Source of the DNA: Pelagomonas calceolata
Lineage: Eukaryota
NCBI GenBank assembly: GCA_918797485.1
Contig: CAKKNE010000001.1
Location: 2,232,001 to 2,296,000 of the forward strand
Direction of reading: 5' to 3'
Length of the DNA stretch: 64,000 bases
The notes under the pieces are model-generated. The model did not search any database. It was given only the letters and a program-made list of their open reading frames with translations, and had not been told where the DNA came from. Shown here piece after piece: positions 10,961 through 22,248 of the stretch. A program made the translations under genes and the position numbers. Numbering within the stretch: the stretch's first letter is position 1; each line of letters starts with the position of its first letter.

Positions 10961-13900
10961 ATGGCGGACTTCGGCCGCGTCGATTTCAAAGACCCGACCT
11001 GGTACCAGAAGTGGAAGAAGGAACAGCAAGAAGCGCAGCAGCGCCGCGCCGAAGAGAAAAAGCGCCAGGAGGCCGAGGCGAAGAAGAGGCGCGAGCTCGA
11101 GGCCGAGCTCGACCAGGAGGACGACGACGCGGCCGATGATGTCCAGTTCGAGGACTACGAGCCGTTGTGGTTGAAGGGGATTGGGAAGAAGCACCCCGAC
11201 CCCGTCGTGGAGAACGCGTCGTTGTCTGCCGTGAAGGCTCCTAAGCCACCTGATGACGCTTTGGCAGACATCTCACCAGACGTCGTGAAGGAGGGCAAGC
11301 TGTCGAACCTACAGCTGGAGGCCGTGGCCTACGCGAACATGTGCTTCGGCAAGAACCTGGAAGATGGGTCGCGACGGGGCTTCTTCATCGGCGATGGCGC
11401 CGGCATCGGCAAGGGCCGGGAACTGGCTGGTATCGTGGCGCAGCAGTGGGCTCGGGGTGTGAGGAAGCACCTCTGGATTTCAGTATCGAACGACCTGAAG
11501 TTCGATGCGGAACGGGACTTGCGCGACCTCGGGAGCGGGAATATTCCGGTCCAGTTGCTGGGCAAGGCGTCGTATTCCGTAGCATGCGGCGTCCCCTTTT
11601 GTTACCGTGGCGGCGGCGCGGCCGTGGGGTCGCGGCGATGGCGTCCGAGCGCCCTGATTGATGGACGCGAGACGCCGTCGGCCGAGACACACGACTCGAT
11701 ACACTCATGCGTCGACGCATGGCGTGGGGTCGCCGCGACGGCGGGCGCGCGACGCCATCGACGCGACACACTCACGCGCCAACACGCAGGCCCGCGACCT
11801 CCCCAAGCAGGGCGTCGTCTTCGCGACCTACGCTTCCTTGTTGGGCAAGAAGGGCGGCAAGACGTCGAAGCCCCAAACTAGATTAGACCAACTGCTCGAG
11901 TGGGCCTCGCCGGGCTTCGAGGGCGGGCTACTGTTCGACGAGTCGCACAAAGCCAAGAATTTGTTCGGGGGCAACGGCGGCAAGCCCACCAAGACCGGCC
12001 AGGCCGTGCTCAAGCTACAAACGGCACTACCAAGGGCCCGAGTCGTGTATTGTAGCGCAACGGGCGCGTCCGAACCGAAGCATCTCGGCTACATGGACCG
12101 GCTGGGCCTCTGGGGTGGAAGTGATACGCCCTTCGGCGACTTCGACGACTTTCGGAGAGCTGTTGAAAGTAGAGGCGTGGGCATGATGGAGCTCGTGGCC
12201 ATGCATTTGAAACAAAGGGGCGCTCTTGTTTCTCGGGCTTTATCGTTCAAGAGCTGCACGTTCGAGCTGGTCAACGACGTGATGACGCCGTCTTGATGCC
12301 GCGTCCTTGTTTATTGCCTTCGCGGCGACGGCGTCGCGTCGACGGCGCCGGGGCGGCCGAGTCTACGCGTCTCGTGAGGGAGCCGCGGCAATGCCACGCC
12401 GCCGCGACGCCGTTTTCATGATCATCAGAGTGTCGACGCGCGCAGGCACATGGAGCGCGTCTACGACCGGAGCGTCGAGGTCTGGGACTTGCTGAGGCAG
12501 TGCCTCGCCGAGGGCTTGGAGCTAGGCGTCGTGAACGACCCGTTCAAGAAGCCCGACGCGCCCGTTCGAAGGGGCACGCCGAACGGCGTGTTGTGGCGCT
12601 ACTTCTGGGGCGCGCACCAGCGCTTCTTCAAGGATTTGTGTGTGGCCTCCAAGGTGCCTGCGGCCTTGCAAGTCGCTCGTCAATCGCTCAAAGACAAGAA
12701 ATGCGTCGTCATCGGCTTGCAGTCGACGGGCGAAGCGCGCACGAAGGACGCCATCGAGGAGCACGGCGAGGTGTTCGACGACTTCGTGAGTGCGCCTAGA
12801 GCTACCTTAGAGAGGTTGATAAAGAAGGTCTTCGCCTCGCCGGGTGATGACGAGGCCGACGCTCGACAGCGGGAGCTCAAGGCTTGCGCTAGTCGTGATG
12901 ACGCTCCTCTCGGTAGGACCCATGGGAGGTCTACTCGCACCAGAAAGGGCCCGGCCAAGGGCACTTATGCCCAGTCTGATACGGATTTCTCTGACAGCGA
13001 TAGTGATAGCGATGATGATGAAAAAGCCGCCGCGAAACTAGGTGTTACGTTAGGCAAGACTTTGGTGCGGCACAAAACTGCCTCCGGAGAGATGCGCGAA
13101 GGAGTGGTCGTGAGGAGGGCCTTCCCGTTTTTTGTGGTGCAGTTCGGCAGCGAAGAGGCCAAGTTCACGGCGGCGCAGCTGCACGGCATTTTAGTATTTG
13201 ACGTCGACGACGACTCCAGTGATAATGTGCCGAGGAAGCGGCCGGCGCCGTCGTCCGACGAAGAAAGCTCGGACGACGACTTCGTGGAGAGCGACAGTGA
13301 TAATGATTCCGAGGCGCCTCAGAAATCAAAGGCGAAGAAGACGAAGTACATATCTATCGATAGTTCGGGCGACGAGGACGAGGACGCGATGCAGGACGAC
13401 GATGATGGCTTCGACGAGGTCCGCGAGCTCCGCCGGAGATTCCTCGTCGCGGCGTCGAAGCTAGGCTTACCAGGCAACCCCTTGGATACGTTGATTGCTG
13501 AATTAGGAGGCTCGGACTGTGTCGCGGAGATGACGGGGCGGAAGGGCCGCATGGTGCGCGACGCGACGTCCGGCAAGGTCGTCTACGAGGCGCGGAACTC
13601 CAACGGCGTGTCGCTCGAGATGCAGAACATGCACGAAAAACAAGCTTTCAATGGTGGTGAGAAGCACGTGGCCATTATTTCGGAAGCGGCGTCGGCCGGT
13701 ATTTCGTTGCAAGCTGACAGGAGAGTAGCGAATCAGCGGAGGCGGGTCCACATCACGCTCGAATTGCCCTGGTCCGCGGACAAAGCGATCCAGCAGCTCG
13801 GACGGACGCATCGGTCGAACCAGTCTTCAGCTCCTGAGTACAAGTTCCTCATTTCCTCGGTAGGCGGTGAAAAGCGGTTCGCTTCCGCCGTGGCCCGGCG

Positions 13901-15507
13901 CTTGGAGTCGCTGGGCGCGCTGACGCAGGGTGATAGAAGAGCCACCGTCGGCGCCAAGGGTTTAGGATTGACGGCGTTCAACTTCGACACGAAGTGGGGC
14001 AAGAACGCCCTCGCGACGTTAGGAAACATCATACAAAGGGTCACGTCGGCGCCGTTCACGCTGCCGCCGCTCGAGCCGGCGGACCGCGAGCGGTTCATGG
14101 AGCTGCAGAATCAATCAGCGGCGGTCTTCGGCGGCGCGGTCGACGCGACCAAGGTCGAGTTCTCCTTCTGCGACACTTCGGAAGACGCCGAAGATGTGGC
14201 GAACGAAGACCAACTGAAGCCCGCCTCCCAGGAGGAGGAGTCTGCTGATGAGGACGTCGAGATGGGGTCGACGACGCTCCAGACCTTCGCGCACGCGCGG
14301 TGCCAGTGCCCGCTGCACCCGTTCGCGTCGACGGATCACTCGGAGGCCTGCGACAAGTGCCACTGCTACGTCTGCGACGTGCCCGTGTCCCAGTGCCCGA
14401 AATGGGCCGAGCACTGCCACGCGACCGACACGGGCAAGGACGCCCAGAAGTGGAAGTACTTACCTGTGCGGAAATCATGACCTCCACGCCATCGACGCGA
14501 CGCGCACCCGACTCACTGGTTGATTTCCACACAGGTACTTACGCGACCGGTCGCGGTCGTGCACCTTCGAGGAGGCGTGCCAGATGTGGTTGGAAAGAGT
14601 CGGCTTCGACTTCGTCAAGGCGGCCAAGACCGGCAACACTGCGCGGTCGTCGGTCGGGACCTTCCTGAACCGCCTGCTCGGTTTACGGTTGAGCCAACAG
14701 AACGCCCTGTTCGAGGTCTTCGCCAAGCTCGTGGACCACGCGGTCCGAAAAGCACGCCGCGAGAAGAAGTTCGACGAGGCCATCAAGGAGATCGACGGGC
14801 GCCGCGTCGAGATCACGGACGAGACCGTGGTGGTCGAGGCGACGGACGACAAGCCGGCTTTGGTTCATTTATGCGTCGAGGTCGACCGCGGCATCACCTT
14901 TGATGATGCGGTCGCGCGGCTCGCCGAGGCGAAGAAGGACGCGACGGCCGCGGCGCCGTCCACCAGACTGGGCGCGATCCGTAGGAAGGACCACTCGGCG
15001 TTCTACATCAGCAAGAACCCGTCGCCCATCACGAAGAAGCGCCTGGTCATGATGGCCCTGCAGTCGCAGTCGTACGTGCCCGGCGAGTCGTCGTTCGTCC
15101 TGCGCATCTTCCGGCCGAAGACGGGCGTCGGCCAGATGCAGCTTACCGACGTCCTGCAGCGCTACGTGCGGACGGACCCCGAGAACGTCAAGGAGGCCTG
15201 GGGCGCCGAGTACGTCGACCCGAACTGCTCGCACGGCGCCAAGTGCAAGAACAAGAAGACGTGCGAGGTCGGCAAGCGCGTGCAGCACAAGCATTTGTTG
15301 TGCGGGTCGCTGCTCGATTCCATGCGCAAGGCCGAGGGCATCATCGCGCGGCGCTACGCGTCGTCGGGCCACTGCAACGTCTGCCGCGTCATCGAGAAGA
15401 AGAACGACGAGCCGACGGACGGCGGCCGCCGCGCGCTCGGCCTCGAGATCTACGGCATCTACATCGACGAAGTGCTCGACGGCTTCGACCCGGACGTCGA
15501 GGCCTGA
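10961..15507 (+). CDS. SBNO: Strawberry notch homolog (SBNO helicase-like)
   Basis: Motifs [63 protein letters not shown] and [21 protein letters not shown]. Introns 11579-11789, 12290-12445 and 14456-14534 restore frame. Confidence 0.93.
14464..14534 (+). mobile_element. Introner element with perfect 8-bp TSD forming intron 14456-14534
   Basis: GTACTTAC-[CTGTGCGGAAATCA...TGATTTCCACACAG]-GTACTTAC. Splicing gives [10 protein letters not shown] in frame with the 14584 ORF. Confidence 0.93.
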
Positions 15508-15578
15508 AGAAGAAAGTCTAGTTCCCCCGCTCTCCCCCACGCTACGTATAACATATTGTGTTCGAACTTACTAAGTTA

Positions 15579-15737
15579 CTAGCACTGGCACTTGGACGCG
15601 CGGGCGCGGGCCTGGGCGAGGGCTTCGCGTGTTTGATTGAGGGCGTTCTCGAGCGCAGAGTAGTCCGGATGGTGCGGGCCAAGCAACCGTCGCCACTTGT
15701 GGCTGACGTCGTCGAGCGTTTCCACAGCCTCGACGAT
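15579..15737 (-). pseudogene. 3' fragment of a TPR-like expanded-family gene
   Basis: IVEAVETLDDVSHKWRRLLGPHHPDYSALENALNQTREAL..* resembles the EAV.TLE...RRVLG..HP C-termini common in pelagophytes. No 5' part is present. Confidence 0.55.
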
Positions 15738-16041
15738 GAAACTCGTGTCGATCACGCCGTCGCGCGGCTACTGCATCGAGCTCGGCGCGGCCTTCGTCAT
15801 TATTTATGGAACGGCCCAGGGCTGGCCCCTCTCGACGACGCACTGCCAGATCGGCGCGACCGTGGCCGTCGGCCTCTTCGAGGGCGCCGGCGGCGTCAAC
15901 TGCAAGCTCTTCGCGAAGACGTGCTTCGGCTGGATCATCACGATCTTCGTCGCCGGTTTGTTGGCGGCGCTCTTCGTGGGGCCGTCGCCGGAGCCGCTCA
16001 AGGACAAGTACTGCAAGGGCTGGGCCGCGAACAACTCCTAG
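15736..16041 (+). pseudogene. 3' fragment of a PiT/PHO4-family phosphate transporter
   Basis: KLVSITPSRGYCIELGAAFVII..GWPLSTTHCQIGATVAVG..GWIIT is the C-terminal PiT signature. The N-terminal portion is absent. Confidence 0.8.
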
Positions 16042-16256
16042 GCTCCTTCAGCGCTTACTTGCTTCGCGCTGAGAAGATCACTCCCCCGTCCCCTCCCCCG
16101 TGTGCCGCGTTCGCGCGCCCGTCTAAATCCTATTGTAGTGAAGCATTACCAGAACGAATATTAGTCAGGGGAAGGGATAAGTAAGTCAGGAGGGGTTCTC
16201 GCCGGCGCTTGTGCAGCCTTGAGTCCGACGAGTCGATGCTTCAGACGGCCCACTCT

Positions 16257-17946
16257 CTAGGCCCACTTGCCCGACGGCTCCTTGAGGATCGTCAGCAACG
16301 TGGTCCGGGAGCAGACGCCGCAGGCAGTTCTCTGGCCGTCCTTCTTTGAGTCTTGCTCCGTGTTGCAGTGGCCGCAGAAGACGCGGCCGCGGTCCGGGTC
16401 GTTCTGCGCCGTCAGCCGGGCCGTCTTGTCCGCGTTGAGGAAGCGCCCCGGCACGTAGCCCTGCTTGCCGAACGAGTCGACGTCGACGACGTCGCCCCAC
16501 TCCTCCTCCGGTACCTGTGCATAAATCGACCAGTGAGTCGCGTCGATGGCGTCGACGGCGTGATTTGATTTGTGCACTGTCCGCTACGGGCACGAACTTG
16601 CACGCTTCTAAAAACGCATCCACGCGCATCAACGGCGCCAGCGCGTTCCGCAACGCCACAGCGGCCGGCAGATCCGCGGGCCACGCCTTGAGCTTCTCGC
16701 AGGCGCGCGGGTTGCCGCGCACCTTGAACACGCCGCCGCCGAGGGGTACGACGTTCGAAATCTCGAGCGCCTCGATCAAGTCCGTGACGCCGCGCTTCAA
16801 GTTGTGCAGGGCGCCGACTAACAACTCCTCGTCGCCGCTCCCCAGCACGCCGTGCGCGCGGCACGCGTCGAAGATTTCCTGGAAGGCCCGCGACCGCACC
16901 ACGCCATCCCTCTCAGAGAAGTCGTCGGCGCCGAGGCCGCTCCAGTCGATCACGTGCGCGTCCGGCAGGCTGTGCTTGTTCGCCCAGACCCGGTAGTCCG
17001 GGCCGTGCATGCCCACCACGAGGACGCCCTTGAAGCCCGTCGCGAGGCCCTCGGCGAAGACCCCCGCCCACTGGTCCTTGGCCTCGCAGAGGGCGTCCCG
17101 GACATCGCTGTCCAAACCTAACAAGATCGGCTGGCCCATGCCGACGAATTGTCTTTGAGAAAGACTGTGCTCCGCGAAGAAGCATGCCGCGGCCTGTTGT
17201 ATATATAAAGGCAAGTGGCCCCGGCGCGACATCCACTGCTGGACCTTGTAGAGGAGCGAGGCGGGCCCAGAAATCAACATGCGACCGGACTCCGTACCGC
17301 AGCCGTCGCCACCCGAGTACATGTAGGACTTGGCGAGCTCGTCGAATGGGGCTCTCAGCTCCAGTGACGTCTTCGAGACGCATACTAAATCGAGCCACTC
17401 CTCGGCAGCTTTGTCGAGGCCGTGCGTCAACTGCTCGCCCTGAGACAACTTGGCGCTGACCGCGGCTACTCTTCGCTCCATCGCAGTGACTACTGAAGCC
17501 CGCTTCCGACCGGTGGAGTGGTCGCCGACGACGTCTAGATGATGCGTGAGCGCCCACGTCTCGATATAGTTCGTGGCACCTTCACGCAACAGCGTCAGCA
17601 CGCCGCCGTGGTCGGCGGCCGCGAAGGCCCTAGCTTCGAACGTGTTGATATCGTCGTCTGTTGTTAATCTCACCGGTACAGGCTGCCGCGCTAGCGATGC
17701 GAGAATGTCGCCCGCGTCGAGGAGCGCCGTTTGCGTCTGCGTCTCGCGGATCGGGAGCGCGAGGGTGAGCTTCGGCGGCATCTTGTCGTCGGGGGGATAG
17801 ACGATGACGGCTTCTTCTTGGAGTGTGGCAGTGCTCAGGAGAGCAGCAGGCTTGGTAGTAGTAGAGAGGCCCAGGCCGCCGCGCGTTGTCTTCGGAGTGA
17901 AGGCAGCGGCGGCGACGAGGACCAGGACGATTGACAGGCAGCGCAT
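16257..17946 (-). CDS. Hypothetical protein, signal/plastid-targeted, with C-terminal CxxC..CxxC zinc ribbon
   Basis: Starts MRCLSIVLVLVAAAAFTP. Intron 16515-16587 joins it to VPEEEW...FCGHC...ACGVC...KWA*. Confidence 0.65.
16515..16579 (-). mobile_element. Introner element forming intron 16515-16587
   Basis: TIRs CAGTGCACAAATCAAA / GATTTATGCACAG, TSD GTAGCGGA/GTACCGGA, internal CGCCATCGACGCG and CTCACTGG. Confidence 0.85.
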
Positions 17947-18004
17947 TGCTTTGCGCGGCGGTGACGAGGCTGATTTGTTAAGGCTCAGCATGACAGGGTG
18001 CCAG

Positions 18005-18027
18005 GCTAGCGTCCTGTGAGACACTAG
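18005..18027 (-). promoter_or_regulatory. Bipartite upstream motif CTAGTGTCTCAC-N4-CGCTAGC
   Basis: About 60 nt upstream of the ATG at 17946, in the same orientation as the gene. Confidence 0.55.
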
Positions 18028-19857
18028 CAAATCATCGTCTGGTGATTGGGTCCCCTGCCCGCGAGGCTCAGGGGGGTGCCGCCTGGCCAAGGGACGAGAG
18101 CGGCGCGGGAGTTGGCGTCCTTGCAGAGCAGCTGCGGCCGAGCTAGTGCCAATGGCTAGTGCAAAAATGCGGGTCGGCTTTTTGCTTTTTGCGTCGACGT
18201 CGCCCAGTTGGGCTGCTCCCGACGCTTGAGCGCCTCCGACGGGCCCTCGACATCACCCTGAGGCAGCCCCGTGAGACTCGCGGAGGCGCTTCCCCGAAGC
18301 TGCCGCCACAAGCGAGGGGGCAGCCTATATATCGATCGCGACGCGCGCGACGACACGACCCCGTAACGCCACGTCGTGATGACCGCCGAAAGAGCAAAGA
18401 GCAAATCTACCACCTCCACGTCGGACGTCTGTGCGGTGGCAGAAGGGACCAAGCCTCGACCTGAAACGGCTCGGGCACGCGCAAACAACTCAGTAGTCCT
18501 ACCGAGCGCAGCGAGCACTACGGGTAGGCGACGACGTCGCTCTACTGCTGCCAGGCCGACGCTGAATCTCGAAGCGACGACTAGCCCATTCTCTTGCGCA
18601 TTTGAGACGCGACGCGTCCTCGTCGCCGCGTGCGCGGGCGACGGTCAACGGCTCGGAAGGTTCAGTACCTGGGTGGCGAGACAGTAGAACAATCTTCCAC
18701 GACCACGGACGAGTTCGTCGCGGCGACCATCGCCGCGCACGCGGTCGCGACGACGCGTTCCGGACCCTGCTGATCACAATCTGCCGCCTTCGACTCCGTC
18801 GACGGGAGTCGAGGCAGTGCCGCCCCACATGCGACGCGGCACATCGACGACGGCTCCGGGCCTCGTCGCCACGACTAGGACCGTGACGCCCGCGTTGTCT
18901 TGGCGGGCGCCGCGCTCCTCTAAGCCTTCGCGTGGCGGCTAGTGTTGCGCTTCGGCGGGCGCCTACGGTACGCATCTGCGACGGCCAGGGCGCCATTGAC
19001 GGCCGGACGCCGAAGACCGCCAGGCGTCGTACCAAATGTATGTCACGGTCTGTATTCGAGTTCATTGTGTCGCGTGGTAGTTACGCCTACTATGCGTGGC
19101 GGGTCGCTGCGATAGGCGTCGTCGAGTAACACAAAAGGAACTGTTAGCAGAGGCTAGTCCTGGTTCGGGGCGCGGCGAAGTGCCGATTGATGCGCGCCGT
19201 CGAGGAGATCGCGACGCGTTGCGGCGGTGAGGCATGGGCCTCCTCGAACAACGCCGCCCTCACGCCATCGCCGCAATGATGTAAGGGGTGCGCGCGCCGC
19301 CGTTCCGCAAACCGGCGACGTCTCCATAAATGAGCCGGACCGGTGGCCCTACCTCTGGTCGGTGGCCCGGGCGTGATCTCGGGCACGTCGATCTTGTAAT
19401 TCGTCGAAACAGGACACAAATTGCAGGTCCGGCGGCACCAAATAACGACGACGTACGGGCAACCTCCACGCCATCGAGCAGATGCAGTCCACAGAACGAC
19501 GCCGCTGATCGGTGTACACCTCCATGCCATACGAGCGCCCGGAATTTGGCGTCGTCCAGTACGAGGAACGACAATTCATTTTCGCGGCTTTGGAGCGCCA
19601 CTGAAGTTAGGCCGCAGGCCTCGTGGGAATTGCACTTCCCCATTTCCCGCAAATTTAATGGAAACAATCGGCACCGCCCATGAATCACGCACCTGGAACC
19701 ACGATTTCCAATTTCTCGCCGGAAGCGTCGACGGCGTCGCGGCGAACAATGGCCCTCGCATAACCGAAGTAGTACGGAAGCGTCTACGCCGCACGAGTGC
19801 AGAGGATTCCTATGTGAAAATGACGTCGCGTCGGCTTCGGAGACGCCGACTACAGAC

Positions 19858-19910
19858 CTGTGTGGAAATCAAATTTCGGACACCCCGCGCCATCGACGCG
19901 TCGCCGTGAC
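19858..19910 (-). mobile_element. Partial introner element
   Basis: One intact TIR CTGTGTGGAAATCAAATTT plus CGCCATCGACGCG. It could be a GT-AG intron on the minus strand. Confidence 0.6.
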
Positions 19911-20262
19911 CGGTAGTCCTCTTTGGAACGATAGTCTATTGTTTTGCCCGGCCGAAGGTAGCCCGTCCCGGTGCGACGAGAAACTTCGAGATGCAGTATA
20001 TGGAATGCCGGTTTCGAGGATCTCTCCCGTACTTTGGGCTTCCAGAGTTCTAGAACTCCACCTCAGACACGCCAACCAGTCCTCGGGGATGGCCAAGGAG
20101 TTGGCGTGTACTCCAAGAGTAAACTACTGCATTTGGTGAGGTACTGCTATCTGAAGTAGAACGTCGTCGGCACGAAGGTGCCCGCTTCCCGCAAAACAGC
20201 TCGTCGACGTCATCGTGGCGATAGCGCAACGTGAAGTGTAAGTTATGCACTGAATCGCTGAC

Positions 20263-20714
20263 CTCGATGGCGATCTGGAAGCCGAAGAAGCACTGGACCT
20301 GTGCGTAAATCAACCAGTGAGTCAGGTGCACTTCGCGAAGTCAGTTCTCGGCGCTCTCTCGTCGTGAGGGCGTCGTGTCCGAGCCCGCGCGCTCGCCGGC
20401 CGTGAGGATGTCGTCGGGCCGGCCGGCGTCGGCCTTGCTGGACTATCATCGTTCCCATCGCAGGTTTCCCCACGATGTACTCCTCCAGCCCCATTAGTGT
20501 GCGCTGCATGAACTCGTAGGCGGTGCAGGCGCAGGAGCTCGCCGTGTTGGCGAGCATGCGTCGCGTCGATGGCGTGCAGGTCACGATTGAAGAAGCGCGC
20601 CGAAATTGATTCGTGCACCATAGAGTACCTCAGTGGCGAAGTTCTGCGCGAGGTTTTCGTTGACGATGCCGTCACTGGCCGCGAAGAACGCGAGGACCGT
20701 CGAAATGAATAGGC
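20263..20714 (-). pseudogene. Ribonucleotide reductase small subunit (R2) fragment interrupted by an introner intron
   Basis: Exons 20714-20629 and 20298-20263 give LFISTVLAFFAASDGIVNENLAQNFATE|VQCFFGFQIAIE. This is the R2 motif, lacking the usual ~5 residues before CFxGFQ. The rest of the gene is absent. Confidence 0.75.
20299..20620 (-). mobile_element. Long introner-family element (intron 20299-20628)
   Basis: Ends GTGCACGAATCAATTT / CTCACTGGTTGATTTACGCACAG, with about 225 nt of extra internal sequence relative to the short copies. Confidence 0.65.
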
Positions 20715-21262
20715 CTGCGCCGGGAAGCTCGTTCAAAACGCCAAGCGCCAAGACGGCGTCACGACGGCGCGACCGGCCGCGACAAGCTCTCGCAAAGCCT
20801 TGCGCTGCCCACGGCGACGACGCGGCGCTCCTCCGCGGACAGGGGACGTCTTGCAGTAGTTACCAGCCGTAACGAAGTACGAAAGGATCCGGCTGCTTCC
20901 CTATCGTTGAGACTCGCGTCCGGCGGGCCGTGCCGTTGAAACGAACGACAAAGCTATATAGCGGGCGCGAGCACGGTCGGCGCCTTTGTCAGGTAACCAC
21001 AGCTTTGAAGGCTTCAGGGACGCCGATGCAGCGCCTCGGGGGCAGCGCGCGCCGGCGCAAGCGCGGGGCAGCGTGCAGATGCGTCGTCAATCGCGTTACG
21101 CAAGAGCAGCGCGTGGGGCGGCGAGCGGGCGGCGTGGGGCAGCTGTTTTGGCCTCCGCTTTGAATCGAATCCGTTGGTATGACTCTCCAAATGAAGCGTG
21201 TAGAGGGGGCGAGTGAGGCTTCCCGGACGCCTCTAAGCTGTCGCTGTCCAAATATTTTCGGA

Positions 21263-21285
21263 CTAGTGTCTTACAGGCCGCTAGC
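21263..21285 (+). promoter_or_regulatory. Bipartite motif CTAGTGTCTTAC-N4-CGCTAGC
   Basis: Exact consensus, but no intact gene lies downstream. Confidence 0.5.
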
Positions 21286-22248
21286 CAGTAAATAGGATTA
21301 AATTTTGTACTCTGTTTTGGCGTCGCTTAGCCTGGCGACAGCAACTGAGGCCAGACATTGGCTGCCAACGTATCGCCGCATAGCGGCAGACGCCCAATAA
21401 ATAGGCAGAGCCATCACCGCATCGCGGGTACCATCATTGATAGGCAGCCCTGCCCATCAAGCAGCGCCGAGTACGACGCGGCATGGTCCAGGGCAACAGC
21501 TACTGGTAGGTAACACCTGCAGTCCATCTCTAGTCTACGCGGCCGGCGACGGCGTCGATTCAAGCACGACGCGGCGCCGACGATCTGCATCGCACGCGGC
21601 CTCTGCTGGCGCTCTGGACTTGTAGCTCTCGACGCCGACGCCGTGCCCGCGCACACAAAGAGCCCGACGACGACGCCGACGCCTCACGTCGTCGACGCGT
21701 CCAGGATACCAAAACAAGTCGAGCGCCGCGCATCGACGCGACCGTGCTGGCTACATCTAGAGGCGAGAGACGTGCACTCCAACACGCCATCGAGCAAACG
21801 TCGCGTCGATTGCGTGCAATGGGATCACGACGCCATCGAATGGTCTCAGCAGTCGATCGCGTGCAACATCTGGACGCGTCGACCTCAGAACCAAGCAAAA
21901 CCCCTCGACGCTCTGGAGTGGCGTCGTGCGCGACGCCGGTGCTGGCTGTGTGCCGATCAGTGCCTCGACGACGCCCTTAGGCCTCGTCGATACGACGCGG
22001 ACAGCGACGCTCGCGTCTTTCCGACGGCCGCCGCGCTCCTCTAAGCCTCCGAACGGCGGCTGGCGTCGCGCACCAGGGACGTCCTCGGTACGCGTCGGCG
22101 ACGTCGGGACGCTGCCCGAGGTCATCGCCGCGCCAACTCAGGTTCAGACTAGATCCATTAACTTGAACTTGAACAGTTATGACTAGAACTTCAAGTTGAA
22201 GTTATGACTAGAGATAACAGCACAGCAGCTTACCCAAGACCCCCGAGT

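Noticed and set aside
22148..22215. AT-rich short repeats and palindrome (AGTTATGACTAGA x2, AACTTCAAGTTGAAGTT)
   Set aside because: Low-complexity 3'-end sequence with insufficient evidence for an element.
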